The notes under the pieces are model-generated. The model saw only the letters and a list, made by a program, of their open reading frames with translations. It was not told the origin of the DNA and searched no databases. The position numbers were made by a program, and so were the translations under genes. From a virus (Duplodnaviria; Heunggongvirae; Uroviricota; Caudoviricetes), in IMG/VR virus record IMGVR_UViG_2861079508_000001: a DNA stretch of 64,000 nucleotides, one strand, 5' to 3'. Every line of letters begins with the position of its first letter. Positions within the stretch are counted from its first letter, which is position 1. Positions 21,807 to 31,303 of the stretch are shown here, in pieces.

Positions 21807-23063
21807 CTATCGAGAACCACCAAGAATAACACGGTTTTTGACTGGATACCTACGATGTACTGGATAGCCCAATGCGTCTGCACTATGCTCAATGCCACCT
21901 GTCTTATCCATATCTCGTGTTCCAGGCTTGTAGATGACTTTTTCCAGTGAATCAATCAAATGCTTGCACTTCGGATCGATATACAACCGGATATCTCCAG
22001 ATGCGGTCATCAGCATTCGGTTAACAGCATTAACACGATCCGCAATTGGCGGGTGCTTTTTCGAATAATCGACACGTAAGAATCCCTTCTCTTTGAATAT
22101 GTCGACGTCAGACTCCCCGCGAGCATGTTGGCGATAAGCACCTGCCGGATCTGGAAATACCGTTATCTGTGATTTCCAGCGCCAGAAGCGTCTCTCAAGC
22201 TCATCACAAACCTCTGCCGTGTTAGAGGAAAAGAGCACCAATTCATCAATTGCCCATAGCTCACCATTTGGCTGAGGTTGCAAAATTACTGAAGACATCG
22301 GGTCAATGTTGAAGTCCTGCCCTACCCATATAGGCAACCGAGGGTTGAACTGAAGCGGTTTTACATGCACGTTACGATCGAACGGGTAGTAAACGCGCCC
22401 GGACATGTTCTCAAAGCTCGCCAGGTACTCCTGAGCGAACGATTTCGGGTCCATATCGTTCTTAGCAGCTTCAATTTCCGCCGTAGGCACAAACGGAGAA
22501 TCGGCAGTTACAAACTGCCAGCTCTTCCACTGTCCCTTTCTTTGCAGCTCTACGTTCTGGCCTATAGTCCACAGTTTGTGAAATTCCGAGAAACCTTTTG
22601 GCGTACCAATGATAAGTGCACCGCCGCGTGTCGATGAAAGAGTAGGTCGTAACACCTTGTACCAGGTGTCAGCCTTCATATCCTGAAATTCATCAAGCAC
22701 TACAAAATGCAACGCTACGCCGCGCAGAGTGTCAGGCTTATCAGCACCTTTGAGGGCGATCTCCGAACCGTTCTTCAACACGATTGTCATCGTGGTGTCG
22801 TTCTTTTTCCTAACCCACTTACGAGGCAGAACTTCCTGTAGATCGTCCCACAAAATCTGGCGAGCCATCTGGTAAGTAGGAGCGACATACCAGACCCTTT
22901 GCTTTTTTTCCTTTGCCGCCGCACGAATAATAGTGGAGATCGACAACCGGGATTTTCCCCAGCGTCGACCAGCACAAACAACTTTAAATCGATGCGGAGA
23001 CTGGAAGACTTTCATCTGTCCAGAATGCAGTTGCACAAGACTGAGCGAGGACGGGATTGCCAT
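21807..23063 (-). CDS. terminase large subunit
   Basis: Walker A CAGRRWGKS and Walker B VVLDEF ATPase motifs; C-terminal nuclease-like region. Confidence 0.75.
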   Translation of the reverse strand: MAIPSSLSLVQLHSGQMKVFQSPHRFKVVCAGRRWGKSRLSISTIIRAAAKEKKQRVWYVAPTYQMARQILWDDLQEVLPRKWVRKKNDTTMTIVLKNGSEIALKGADKPDTLRGVALHFVVLDEFQDMKADTWYKVLRPTLSSTRGGALIIGTPKGFSEFHKLWTIGQNVELQRKGQWKSWQFVTADSPFVPTAEIEAAKNDMDPKSFAQEYLASFENMSGRVYYPFDRNVHVKPLQFNPRLPIWVGQDFNIDPMSSVILQPQPNGELWAIDELVLFSSNTAEVCDELERRFWRWKSQITVFPDPAGAYRQHARGESDVDIFKEKGFLRVDYSKKHPPIADRVNAVNRMLMTASGDIRLYIDPKCKHLIDSLEKVIYKPGTRDMDKTGGIEHSADALGYPVHRRYPVKNRVILGGSR

Positions 23064-23695
23064 TATTCGTCCTCCCCTTCACTTCCATCATCTGTCGCAT
23101 CAAATTCGCTTAGAGCTTCTTCTTCCAACGTCTCAAGCAATTCGTCATCGATGATTTCAGGCTCGTCGTCTTCCTGACGTAATTTCGCCACCTGGGAAGG
23201 CGTAAGCTCACCAAATACCAGGTTCGGAATTTCTTCCTCGTCATTTTCCGCATGATCCATGCCCAATGCTTTGGACGAAACTTCAAAGCATTTTGCAAGG
23301 GTATTACTGGCTCTCTGTAAGCTCTTGAGAGAATCCTCAATCGCCCCTAAAGGCTTACCCTCACGTTTGGCCGTAGTGACTTCGACCATCACCATCTGCC
23401 CCAACGCATACGCCCAGCCGTCATAACGTGTACGACGTTCTTCTATCTTTTCCGCACGGGCTTTAGCGCGAAGCTCTGCGTCAGATTTAAGAGACTCACG
23501 AACCATCTTCCCAACAGAGTCCGCGCCTTTCTCTAATCCTCGCTTTTTGAAATGTCTGGAGAGTGTTTCACGACGAATGCCGTACTCTTCCTCCAGCTTT
23601 GAGAGTGTATATTCGCCTGACGTCCATTTGGCTTCAGCTTCGGCCCACTCCGCTGGTGTCAGGCGAGTTTTTACCTCGTCTTTTTCGACCGTCAT
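23063..23695 (-). CDS. terminase small subunit (putative)
   Basis: 210 aa, N-terminal HTH-like region, acidic C-terminus, directly upstream of terminase large subunit. Confidence 0.55.
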   Translation of the reverse strand: MTVEKDEVKTRLTPAEWAEAEAKWTSGEYTLSKLEEEYGIRRETLSRHFKKRGLEKGADSVGKMVRESLKSDAELRAKARAEKIEERRTRYDGWAYALGQMVMVEVTTAKREGKPLGAIEDSLKSLQRASNTLAKCFEVSSKALGMDHAENDEEEIPNLVFGELTPSQVAKLRQEDDEPEIIDDELLETLEEEALSEFDATDDGSEGEDE

Positions 23696-23744
23696 AGATC
23701 CCTCTAAAACACACAGAGCGCGTCCATGCGCTCTAAAACAACTT

Positions 23745-23776
23745 GTTTACTGCATTTTCTAACCAACTTGTTTTCT
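23745..23776. promoter_or_regulatory. two copies of palindromic motif AACAA-N-TTGTT(TTCT)
   Basis: AAAACAACTTGTTTAC and AACCAACTTGTTTTCT upstream of terminase small subunit. Confidence 0.45.
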
Positions 23777-23790
23777 GGGTTGTTTAATTA

Positions 23791-23889
23791 GGTCTGGGCA
23801 TGTCTTATTAAGCCTGCTTCCGTATATATTTAATAAGTTACTTATTATTTATATATACAGAAGCAGGTCTTTAAATAAGCTCCCAGACC
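23791..23889. repeat. long imperfect palindrome (arms GCCTGCTTCCGTATATAT / ATATATACAGAAGCAGG), copy 1
   Basis: Inverted repeat read from sequence; near-identical arms recur at 47965-48035. Confidence 0.6.
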
Positions 23890-23891
23890 GA

Positions 23892-24158
23892 TTACATCAC
23901 CAGTAACTTCGCTTTGGCTCGACCTAAAGTGGTTAACCCAAGAGTTCGGCGGTGATAGCGATTGTCACTGCGTTGGCGCGTATGCCCTTTCTCCACAAGC
24001 CCCTTTTTTATCAGAGCGCGAATTGAGAACTGGATACTTTGCTTGGTTGTCTTGTACGGCAAAACTTCAAGCAATTCGTCCAGATCAAGTAGATAACCTC
24101 GCTCATAACCGAGATTGAGCGTTTTGATGATGTCCTTTTGTTTATCGGTTAACGTCAT
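23892..24158 (-). CDS. small basic protein, possible winged-helix DNA-binding protein
   Basis: 88 aa ORF, composition. Confidence 0.35.
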   Translation of the reverse strand: MTLTDKQKDIIKTLNLGYERGYLLDLDELLEVLPYKTTKQSIQFSIRALIKKGLVEKGHTRQRSDNRYHRRTLGLTTLGRAKAKLLVM

Positions 24159-24167
24159 GGCAAATCC

Positions 24168-25058
24168 TTATGCCGGTAAAGCAATTTCTAACGGTTTATC
24201 CAAAGGTTGTTTGTCGAATGCCAGCAGTGGCAGCGTGTCAGGCAGTCGACGACCAAAGTCAGGGTTTCGATACACCCCATACAACGGAGACGTAAAGCTC
24301 AGGTTGTGAATGTCCTTGAGCAACTTCACAATGCAGGCCTCGTCCACCAGACTGTCGGCAATGTCCTGAATCGTCGTGCCACGATTCCGCCCAGCTTTTG
24401 CCAGGGAACTGTTCTTGTGGTAGTCCGCCACCAGATCACGCAGTGCACGGCGACGACGAGACTCGCTCATTGCGAACAACTCTTTGACGATCGCCTCGTT
24501 ATCACCCGGGTCGGAACGGAAATGGCGCTGGAATACACGCAGTGCACTTTCATAGCTCTTCGGTCGCTCAGGGCGGATGAACTTAAACCCTGCTTTCATG
24601 GCGAAGGGATTGTATTTGCTCATCGAGGACTGGATCTCAATGATTGGCCGGTCATGCATCCTGCTAACCAGGTTAATCATTCGATAAGAGACGCCTACGC
24701 CACGATACTGAGTATCCACAACTGAGCGACTGATCACCGCAAAGTTGTTATTCACGTACCGACCCCAGTACTGGTTAGCCACGGTGGTATTAGTGGTTGG
24801 TTTCAACTTAGGAAACATGCGGTGGCGAGGTGCCAACAGTAGTTTCGGGTAAGCCATAACCACGACGCCCACCAGACGGTCATCAAGTTCGCAGCGATAG
24901 TAAGTTGGCGCGAAAGGTTTGCCGTCTGTTTTGTAGTGAAGCGACTTAAGAGCGTGCCAGTCCTCTACAGTTCCCTTTGTAACAGTCATTCGCTCCAGAA
25001 AGTCCAGATGACGCGGAAACTCTTCAGGGCGGTAGCGTTTAATGATGATGTCCGTCAT
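24168..25058 (-). CDS. GNAT-like acetyltransferase-fold protein with C-terminal extension
   Basis: YRGVGVSYRMI and NPFAMKAGFKFI resemble GNAT motifs A and B. Confidence 0.45.
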   Translation of the reverse strand: MTDIIIKRYRPEEFPRHLDFLERMTVTKGTVEDWHALKSLHYKTDGKPFAPTYYRCELDDRLVGVVVMAYPKLLLAPRHRMFPKLKPTTNTTVANQYWGRYVNNNFAVISRSVVDTQYRGVGVSYRMINLVSRMHDRPIIEIQSSMSKYNPFAMKAGFKFIRPERPKSYESALRVFQRHFRSDPGDNEAIVKELFAMSESRRRRALRDLVADYHKNSSLAKAGRNRGTTIQDIADSLVDEACIVKLLKDIHNLSFTSPLYGVYRNPDFGRRLPDTLPLLAFDKQPLDKPLEIALPA

Positions 25059-25720
25059 GAATGGACCTCATCGTGACTACCATTGTGATATTCCACCTTC
25101 ACGCGTTCTTTGTAGTGCTTGGTGATCTGCATATCCGGGCGCAGCGCGTTCTTCAGGTCTTCGTGAGTCGTCGCCACCATTACCGTCGCACCAACCTTTC
25201 GAGCGGCACGCTGGAGGTTAGACGCCACAACCTGAGCGGTTACACGGTCGAGAACAGCGCCGAACTCGTCAGCAGCCCACACTTTAGCGCCTGACTCAAT
25301 CAGTTTGGCAATCTTGAGACGATATTTCTGGCCGTCTGACATTTCAGAAGGCTTGCGAACAAACAGATATGCATCGTTCAGACCAGCCATAGATAACAAC
25401 CCAAGCGCATCACTGGTCGTTTTGCCCAACTGATCGATGACGTTAACCTCATTATCGAAGGTAAAATCATCGATGGAGGCTACAGACAGCCCTTCATCCT
25501 TCATCTGTCGTTGCAACTCGCGCAGCACAACGGATTTGCCGGAACCGGATTGGCCGGTGATGTACACCACATCGCCCTGCTTCACTTCCAGCTCCAGATT
25601 GTCGTAAAGCGTCCACTCTTTTTCGTCCAGGCCAAGCCCGAACGACTCAGCGATTTCCAACGTGCGCGTGGTTTTATTTACGCGTGTCTGAAACGATACG
25701 TTGATGATGTATTTGCTCAT
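25055..25720 (-). CDS. stand-alone ABC-type ATPase
   Basis: Walker A GQSGSGKS, signature MSDGQKYRL, Walker B VWAADEFG, H-loop TTHED. Confidence 0.65.
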   Translation of the reverse strand: MSKYIINVSFQTRVNKTTRTLEIAESFGLGLDEKEWTLYDNLELEVKQGDVVYITGQSGSGKSVVLRELQRQMKDEGLSVASIDDFTFDNEVNVIDQLGKTTSDALGLLSMAGLNDAYLFVRKPSEMSDGQKYRLKIAKLIESGAKVWAADEFGAVLDRVTAQVVASNLQRAARKVGATVMVATTHEDLKNALRPDMQITKHYKERVKVEYHNGSHDEVHS

Positions 25721-26385
25721 GCAGCCATCTCCCCGGAAGAGATCTTCTCCGCATATGCCACAAATGCGTCTACCCCGCTTTCTCCCGTCATTTCTTCCAT
25801 GTGGGCAAGCAAATCACCAACAACAATGGCAGAGCCAGCAGGGAGCGTTTTAAAGCCCAATACGTCGACAACACGTACTTCTTCCGCTGCAACTTCACGA
25901 CTGATCTCGGTGTGTTCATCCTTCTGTCGTTTAGTTTCTTCGCCAAGATCGATAACTAGCGAGTCGGTGTCCATTTCTTCTGTCATACTGCCAACGAGAA
26001 CATTCAACTCACGCTCTTCAAAGCCGAAAACCTCGATATCGTCCAGAACAAGCGACTCAAGCTCTTTCTGTAGCTTAATTGCATCGTAATCAATGCTGGC
26101 AAGTCGGTTATCTTCAAGGCGCTTCGCACGAACCTCGTCATCACTGAGATCATCGCGAACAATAACCGGTACGCGCTCAAGTCCAGCAAAAATTGCAGCC
26201 TCACGGCGGCCGTGGCCAGTAATAATTACGTCGTTCTTATCGACCGTAATTGGCTGGTCAAATCCGCGCTTTTTAATGGCTGCGGCTAGATCTCGGATCT
26301 GCTGTTCATCATGCTTTTTGGCATTCATCTCATAGGGAATAAGATCTGCCGGGTCGCGATATACGATTTCAAACTTTTTGGTCAT
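25717..26385 (-). CDS. ParB-like N-terminal domain protein 1
   Basis: ParB/Srx motif ITGHGRREAA; start at ATG with AAGGAG; stop overlaps next gene. Confidence 0.6.
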   Translation of the reverse strand: MTKKFEIVYRDPADLIPYEMNAKKHDEQQIRDLAAAIKKRGFDQPITVDKNDVIITGHGRREAAIFAGLERVPVIVRDDLSDDEVRAKRLEDNRLASIDYDAIKLQKELESLVLDDIEVFGFEERELNVLVGSMTEEMDTDSLVIDLGEETKRQKDEHTEISREVAAEEVRVVDVLGFKTLPAGSAIVVGDLLAHMEEMTGESGVDAFVAYAEKISSGEMAA

Positions 26386-27083
26386 TACATACGCTCCTTG
26401 TAGTAGTCGACCAGCCACACCAGAGCCTCACCAGCGTTCTCCATTTCATTACCGGTGTTAATAGCCTGCTCTTTGATGATGTTTTTTATGGTTTCTGCAA
26501 CACGATCTGACGCATCGAAAGTTACTTTGAAGCGCATGGTCTGATGTTCCGCACCCACACGTTCGGTTTTCTCTCGTTTGTCGGTATCGACAGGCTCATC
26601 ACTACCACGAGACAACGCCTCCAGTGCTTCAAGGTCGATTGCCGCCTCTTTTGCTAAAACCATCGAGATTTCGTCGTCATACGGGGCGATTTCAGACAGT
26701 TGATAGTCAAGTTCTGACTGAATTTCTTCAATGAAGCGTTGCAATGCGATTTGGTCGTCTTCACCGTATCGCTCGTTGTCCACCAGTGACATCTGTTTAG
26801 CTACGACATCGCTAATTTTGCCCACAGAAAGCACCGGAACCGTTGAAATTCCTTGCTCAATAGCAGCACGCCAGCGATGTTCGCCGCCGAGGATTTCAAA
26901 AAATCCATCTTCAAGTTCACGAGCCAAAATTGGCTTAAAAAAGCCCAATTTTTCGATAGAACCTTTCAGTTTTTCAAAATTCTGCGCACCAACCGAATTG
27001 GTGTTCCAGGTATTCGGGCGAAGGTTGGCAACATCAACCTGCAAAATCGTGATTTTTACATCCATTTTATTGCTACAATACAC
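26385..27083 (-). CDS. ParB-like N-terminal domain protein 2
   Basis: ParB/Srx motif LGGEHRWRAA. Confidence 0.6.
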   Translation of the reverse strand: MYCSNKMDVKITILQVDVANLRPNTWNTNSVGAQNFEKLKGSIEKLGFFKPILARELEDGFFEILGGEHRWRAAIEQGISTVPVLSVGKISDVVAKQMSLVDNERYGEDDQIALQRFIEEIQSELDYQLSEIAPYDDEISMVLAKEAAIDLEALEALSRGSDEPVDTDKREKTERVGAEHQTMRFKVTFDASDRVAETIKNIIKEQAINTGNEMENAGEALVWLVDYYKERM

Positions 27084-27087
27084 TAAG

Positions 27088-27112
27088 TAACCACTTACTT
27101 ATTATAATAGCC
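27088..27112. promoter_or_regulatory. palindromic motif TAAGTA-N-TACTTA in divergent promoter region
   Basis: CTAAGTAACCACTTACTTATTATAAT between ParB-like gene and helicase gene. Confidence 0.4.
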
Positions 27113-27147
27113 AAATAACATACAAAAGGCACTAAGGAAAGAGGTTT

Positions 27148-28707
27148 ATGACTGTTCGGATTGTATCTAACGCAGTAAATGCGCTTATTTCTGGCGCAGA
27201 TGACAAGGTAAAGCAACTGGTGCAGCAAATGTTGAGCTACGAAGTCGAGACTGGCGACTGGAAGGGCACAAGCACGATGTTCAACTGGAGTAAAAACTCG
27301 TTCCCTGCTGGCTTTGCCAAGCCTGTAGCGGCGAACTTGAACAAGGCGGGCATCAAATGTGTTCATATCCGCAAAGACAAAGCCCCGGCGCTTGGTAAAC
27401 CAAATCCGGCGGTTAACCCATTCCCATACAATCCTGATTATGCGTATCAGGATCAGACTGTGGAAACACTGGTTCGAGAGGGAATGATGATTGCGCAGAT
27501 CGCTACTGGTGGCGGGAAATCTAACGTTGCCTGCAAAGCAGCTGCACGTATCGGTCGAATGACATTATTTTTAACAACCCGCTCTGTTCTGATGTTTCAA
27601 ATGGCCGAAAACTTCCAGAGATCCATCGACTACCGCGCCGAAAATGGCGAACCGTGGTTAAAAGACCAAAAGGTTGGAGTCATTGGCTCGGGTGAGTTCC
27701 AGGTATCACGACATATCAACGTCGCTACAGTTCAAACTCTTGCAAGTTTCCTCGAAGAACCACCACGCGATGCAACACCAGATAAGAAAAGCTACCACCT
27801 CAAACGTCGGGAGTTGGTGAAACGCTTCCTTTCAAGTGTCTCTCTTCTTATTCTGGAAGAGGCGCATGAGTCTTCAGGCTCAAATTTCTATGACATCGCC
27901 AGATTATGTGTGAACGCAGACTATCGTCTGGCGCTTACAGCCACGCCGTTCATGAAGGATTCGACGGAAGCCAACATGCGCCTGATGGCGGTGGCCGGGC
28001 GAATTGAAATTAAAGTCACAGAAAAGTACCTGATTGATCGAGGCATTCTGGCAAAGCCGTACTTCCTTTATCATAAAGTTGCCTACAAGCCAGACGAGGC
28101 CAGAATCAAGGCCGAACTTGCCAACAAACACCTCAATTTTAGAGTTGGTATGAGCACCGCCTACCAAAAGGCTTATCAGTTGGGGATCGTGTATAATTTG
28201 GGACGTAACGAGGCCATTGTTCGCGAAGCATTGCTCTATAAGCAACATTCTCTCAATTGTATGACTCTGGTTCGTCTTAAACGCCACGGGCAAATCCTGA
28301 TGGAAATGATGAAAGAGTCCGGCCTTAGAGTTGACTTCATCTATGGGGAATCTAACCAGGCGACAAGGCAAGCAAAGCTGAACAGTTTAGCGTCTGGAGA
28401 AATAGATGTTTTAATAGGCTCGACTATTCTGGATGTCGGTGTTGATGTGCCAAGCGTTGGTGCGGTCATTCTTGCTGGTGGTGGGAAAGCAGAAGTTGAA
28501 ATGAGGCAGCGTGTCGGTCGTGGCTTACGAGCCAAAAAAAATCAGGCAAACGTGTGTTTTATCACTGATTTCATTGACATTAGCAACAAATACCTGTTGT
28601 CTCACTCTTATGAGCGAAAACACATCATCGACACCACACCTGGCTTTGCAGAAGGTGTATTGCCTATTGATGGAGCATTCGATTTTGGAGTTCTGAAACG
28701 AGATTAG
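27148..28707 (+). CDS. SF2 DEAH-box helicase
   Basis: Walker A TGGGKS, DEAH-like LEEAHE, motif III LTATP, motif VI QRVGRGLR. Confidence 0.75.
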   Translation: MTVRIVSNAVNALISGADDKVKQLVQQMLSYEVETGDWKGTSTMFNWSKNSFPAGFAKPVAANLNKAGIKCVHIRKDKAPALGKPNPAVNPFPYNPDYAYQDQTVETLVREGMMIAQIATGGGKSNVACKAAARIGRMTLFLTTRSVLMFQMAENFQRSIDYRAENGEPWLKDQKVGVIGSGEFQVSRHINVATVQTLASFLEEPPRDATPDKKSYHLKRRELVKRFLSSVSLLILEEAHESSGSNFYDIARLCVNADYRLALTATPFMKDSTEANMRLMAVAGRIEIKVTEKYLIDRGILAKPYFLYHKVAYKPDEARIKAELANKHLNFRVGMSTAYQKAYQLGIVYNLGRNEAIVREALLYKQHSLNCMTLVRLKRHGQILMEMMKESGLRVDFIYGESNQATRQAKLNSLASGEIDVLIGSTILDVGVDVPSVGAVILAGGGKAEVEMRQRVGRGLRAKKNQANVCFITDFIDISNKYLLSHSYERKHIIDTTPGFAEGVLPIDGAFDFGVLKRD

Positions 28708-28709
28708 TT

Positions 28710-28988
28710 ATGAGCGAAAAGAAAACAACTTATTGTCAGGTAGCATTGTCTGATAAGGCCAATGACAAACTTGGAAAGTTTCAAGTGAAACTAAAAGAAA
28801 AAAATATCAAAATGTCTAAGGCTGAAGTCATAAATACCATTCTGGAACAATTGACAATGGCCGACTTTGACAAGGTTATATCTTCTGTCGGGGCTTCCGC
28901 TAAGACTCGTGAGAAAATCATGCGTATCTATGAGAACTCTAATATGACAAAGGAAGATCTCGAAACGCTATTAAGCAGATTAAAATAA
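28710..28988 (+). CDS. hypothetical protein
   Basis: 92 aa ORF, translationally coupled to helicase. Confidence 0.4.
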   Translation: MSEKKTTYCQVALSDKANDKLGKFQVKLKEKNIKMSKAEVINTILEQLTMADFDKVISSVGASAKTREKIMRIYENSNMTKEDLETLLSRLK

Positions 28989-29014
28989 TCACGCTATCAA
29001 TTAGGGAGACAAAG

Positions 29015-29479
29015 ATGAAGTCTCCCATACTGTTCACTTTCTGTTCTAAAACTATCATGAAATACTCGCTTCTCCCTCTACTAACGTTACCAGTGTTGAT
29101 GCTTACCGCGTGCCAATCACGCCCAATATCAATCCATGACGCCAAACCAGCACCGCAGGCCAAAGTGTTCAAGTATCAAAGCGCAGCGCCAGCTACGTTG
29201 GTGGTAATGAGAGACACAGGTTTTGTAGGAGCTGGATGTGATGCTTCCATTTTCATCAACGGCGAAACTGTCGCAAAACTGGCTACAGGCGAAAAAGCGA
29301 CTTTCCATTTAAATGCCGGAGAATTAATTGTGGGTGCATCTCTTGAAGGTGCAGGTTTATGTGCTCTAAACCCCGCTCGTCAAGAGCGAGAAACGACTCT
29401 GAAGAATGGAGACACAAAAGCGTTCAGGGTGTTCACCAGCAATTCTGGTGACATCGACATTCTGCCAACAACTCTGTGA
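29015..29479 (+). CDS. lipoprotein (candidate superinfection exclusion protein)
   Basis: Signal peptide with lipobox LTAC; start may be internal Met (MKYSLL). Confidence 0.5.
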   Translation: MKSPILFTFCSKTIMKYSLLPLLTLPVLMLTACQSRPISIHDAKPAPQAKVFKYQSAAPATLVVMRDTGFVGAGCDASIFINGETVAKLATGEKATFHLNAGELIVGASLEGAGLCALNPARQERETTLKNGDTKAFRVFTSNSGDIDILPTTL

Positions 29480-29483
29480 TGAC

Positions 29484-30008
29484 ATGACAACCAAAGATAT
29501 TACCTACGGTATCCAAGCTGAACTCTGGCCGCGAGATTACACTAACGTTGAAAAACTACTGATGTTCTGGCGCAGAGAACAAATTCCTGTAAGGGTCACT
29601 CTCGAAGATGGCCAGGCGTTTTGCATGTACGTTTATGGCCTCATGCCATCTCGTAACAAAGTTGACCTTTGCCCAGCCCCTTTTGACAAAGAAAATCGTA
29701 TAAGGCTCCCACTTGAACGCATTAGTACAATTGAATCAGGTGTGGTTGACAGTATCGCTCACGATTTCAAAGGTCGACTAACAGTTCACCCTGATTATGT
29801 CGATAATCGGCCATCACGCCGCGATTTTTTTGCAATTTGCAACCAAGCCTACAAAGCAAACAAATCTATAAGGGTGTACATGGCGGATGGCCGTGAAATT
29901 GAGGGGGTGTCAGCAGGCGCAGATGCTTGTCAGGTTACACTACGTGTCGAGAACGGTAGAAAAATAGTTGTTTTGTTCGATTGGGTTGAACGAATTTTGC
30001 CTTTTTGA
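29484..30008 (+). CDS. hypothetical protein
   Basis: ORF 29406-30008 trimmed to first non-overlapping ATG (MTTKDITYG). Confidence 0.4.
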   Translation: MTTKDITYGIQAELWPRDYTNVEKLLMFWRREQIPVRVTLEDGQAFCMYVYGLMPSRNKVDLCPAPFDKENRIRLPLERISTIESGVVDSIAHDFKGRLTVHPDYVDNRPSRRDFFAICNQAYKANKSIRVYMADGREIEGVSAGADACQVTLRVENGRKIVVLFDWVERILPF

Positions 30009-30011
30009 GTT

Positions 30012-30320
30012 ATGAAATCGATATTGTTACCACCATTATTTTTACTTTGCTCAGTTACGGCAAATGCAATGGACTATAAGCCTGTCATTCAGTCGCTGAT
30101 GAATGACGTGTGCTCAACGTCTCAGAATGTATCAGTTTGCATGTATCAATTTTCGGCAGCCGTAAAAGCAGGAAAAGCGATAGGTGAGAATGTGGAACTG
30201 TGTAAGAAAGTGGCAAATGAAGAAAGGGCAATGTTGGATTGCGAATCTAGCGAGTCATCGGCACAGTTCGTTGATGCGCTATTTGACACCAATCGTAAGG
30301 CTGTAGAGTCTGTTCAATAA
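30012..30320 (+). CDS. secreted Cys-containing small protein
   Basis: N-terminal signal peptide ending ANA; 6 Cys. Confidence 0.45.
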   Translation: MKSILLPPLFLLCSVTANAMDYKPVIQSLMNDVCSTSQNVSVCMYQFSAAVKAGKAIGENVELCKKVANEERAMLDCESSESSAQFVDALFDTNRKAVESVQ

Positions 30321-30333
30321 ATCTATAAGGTTA

Positions 30334-30362
30334 ATAACCGGCTAAGTCCGGTTATTATTTTT
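30334..30362 (+). terminator. intrinsic terminator
   Basis: Hairpin ATAACCGG-CTAAGT-CCGGTTAT followed by T-run. Confidence 0.6.
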
Positions 30363-30509
30363 CACATCACTTCTTTATATCTACAAATCAAATAACCTAA
30401 ATATATATAAGGTCTAAAGCCGCAATCGATTATTTATTTAGGGAACACCTTCGACGATCTCGCTTTTATTTCTAGGACTTTCATCCCTGCAAAAAATTTT
30501 AAAAAACAC

Positions 30510-30538
30510 TTGCAATCTATTTTCGCGTATCGATAATT
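30510..30538 (+). promoter_or_regulatory. sigma70-like promoter (TTGCAA - 17 bp - GATAAT)
   Basis: Hexamers and spacing read from sequence, about 65 bp upstream of the 30603 ORF. Confidence 0.5.
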
Positions 30539-30602
30539 GAGCTCGTCGAAAGCGAAGACGCTAACGACAATAAATTTTAAATTTACATAAGGAAAAATTA
30601 TC

Positions 30603-31253
30603 ATGGCTAACATTATCATTTCTAAAAAATCCATCATTGAAGCTGCTTCCATTGTATCCGATGAACTGCGCGAAAAAGCAGATCTGGCAACTCAAACATA
30701 TAACGAACATTATAAAAATGGTACGCACACTAAAGCAGACAAAGCAAATATGCAAGCTGCGACCACTAAACTTGCTTACTTCATCAACAACGTCGTAAAC
30801 GCAGTAGAAGACGAAAAATTATGCTCTGTTTTCTACTATGCGATTAAAGCAAGCAAACAAGCGCCAGAAGTATTTTTCCGTGATGCAATGACTAATAGTT
30901 ATTCTCTGGAAAAACTGGTTTATCTGGTTAAATCAATTAAATCTGGTAAATGCGTTTATTCCATCGCTGATATGTCAGGATCTCGTGTATTCGCTTTAAT
31001 CGATATGATTAACGACGAGATCGACACGTTCACCAATGGCGCTGTTTTCGATTTAATGAATGAAGCTAAAAAAGCGTGCGAAATTAAATTGGACGCTGGC
31101 TATACTCAAGCCAACCAGTTGATCAATCTTTGCGAACGTCTTGGACTTGTTGAGAAAGTCAAAGGAATGGGAAGCGCAAAAGCTGGTACACAGCAATATC
31201 GCTTTATCAAGAATGATTTCTACAATTATTTAGCTGATGCTTTTAAAGCGTAA
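30603..31253 (+). CDS. hypothetical protein, AT-rich codon usage
   Basis: 216 aa ORF with RBS; composition differs from flanking phage genes. Confidence 0.5.
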   Translation: MANIIISKKSIIEAASIVSDELREKADLATQTYNEHYKNGTHTKADKANMQAATTKLAYFINNVVNAVEDEKLCSVFYYAIKASKQAPEVFFRDAMTNSYSLEKLVYLVKSIKSGKCVYSIADMSGSRVFALIDMINDEIDTFTNGAVFDLMNEAKKACEIKLDAGYTQANQLINLCERLGLVEKVKGMGSAKAGTQQYRFIKNDFYNYLADAFKA

Positions 31254-31265
31254 TTAATGGAATCA

Positions 31266-31283
31266 AGCGCCCACTATGGGCGC
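31266..31283 (+). terminator. hairpin AGCGCCCACTATGGGCGCT (copy 1, weak T-run)
   Basis: Inverted repeat; identical hairpin recurs at 31764-31782. Confidence 0.35.
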
Positions 31284-31303
31284 TTTAAAGGAGCTTTAAA
31301 AAA

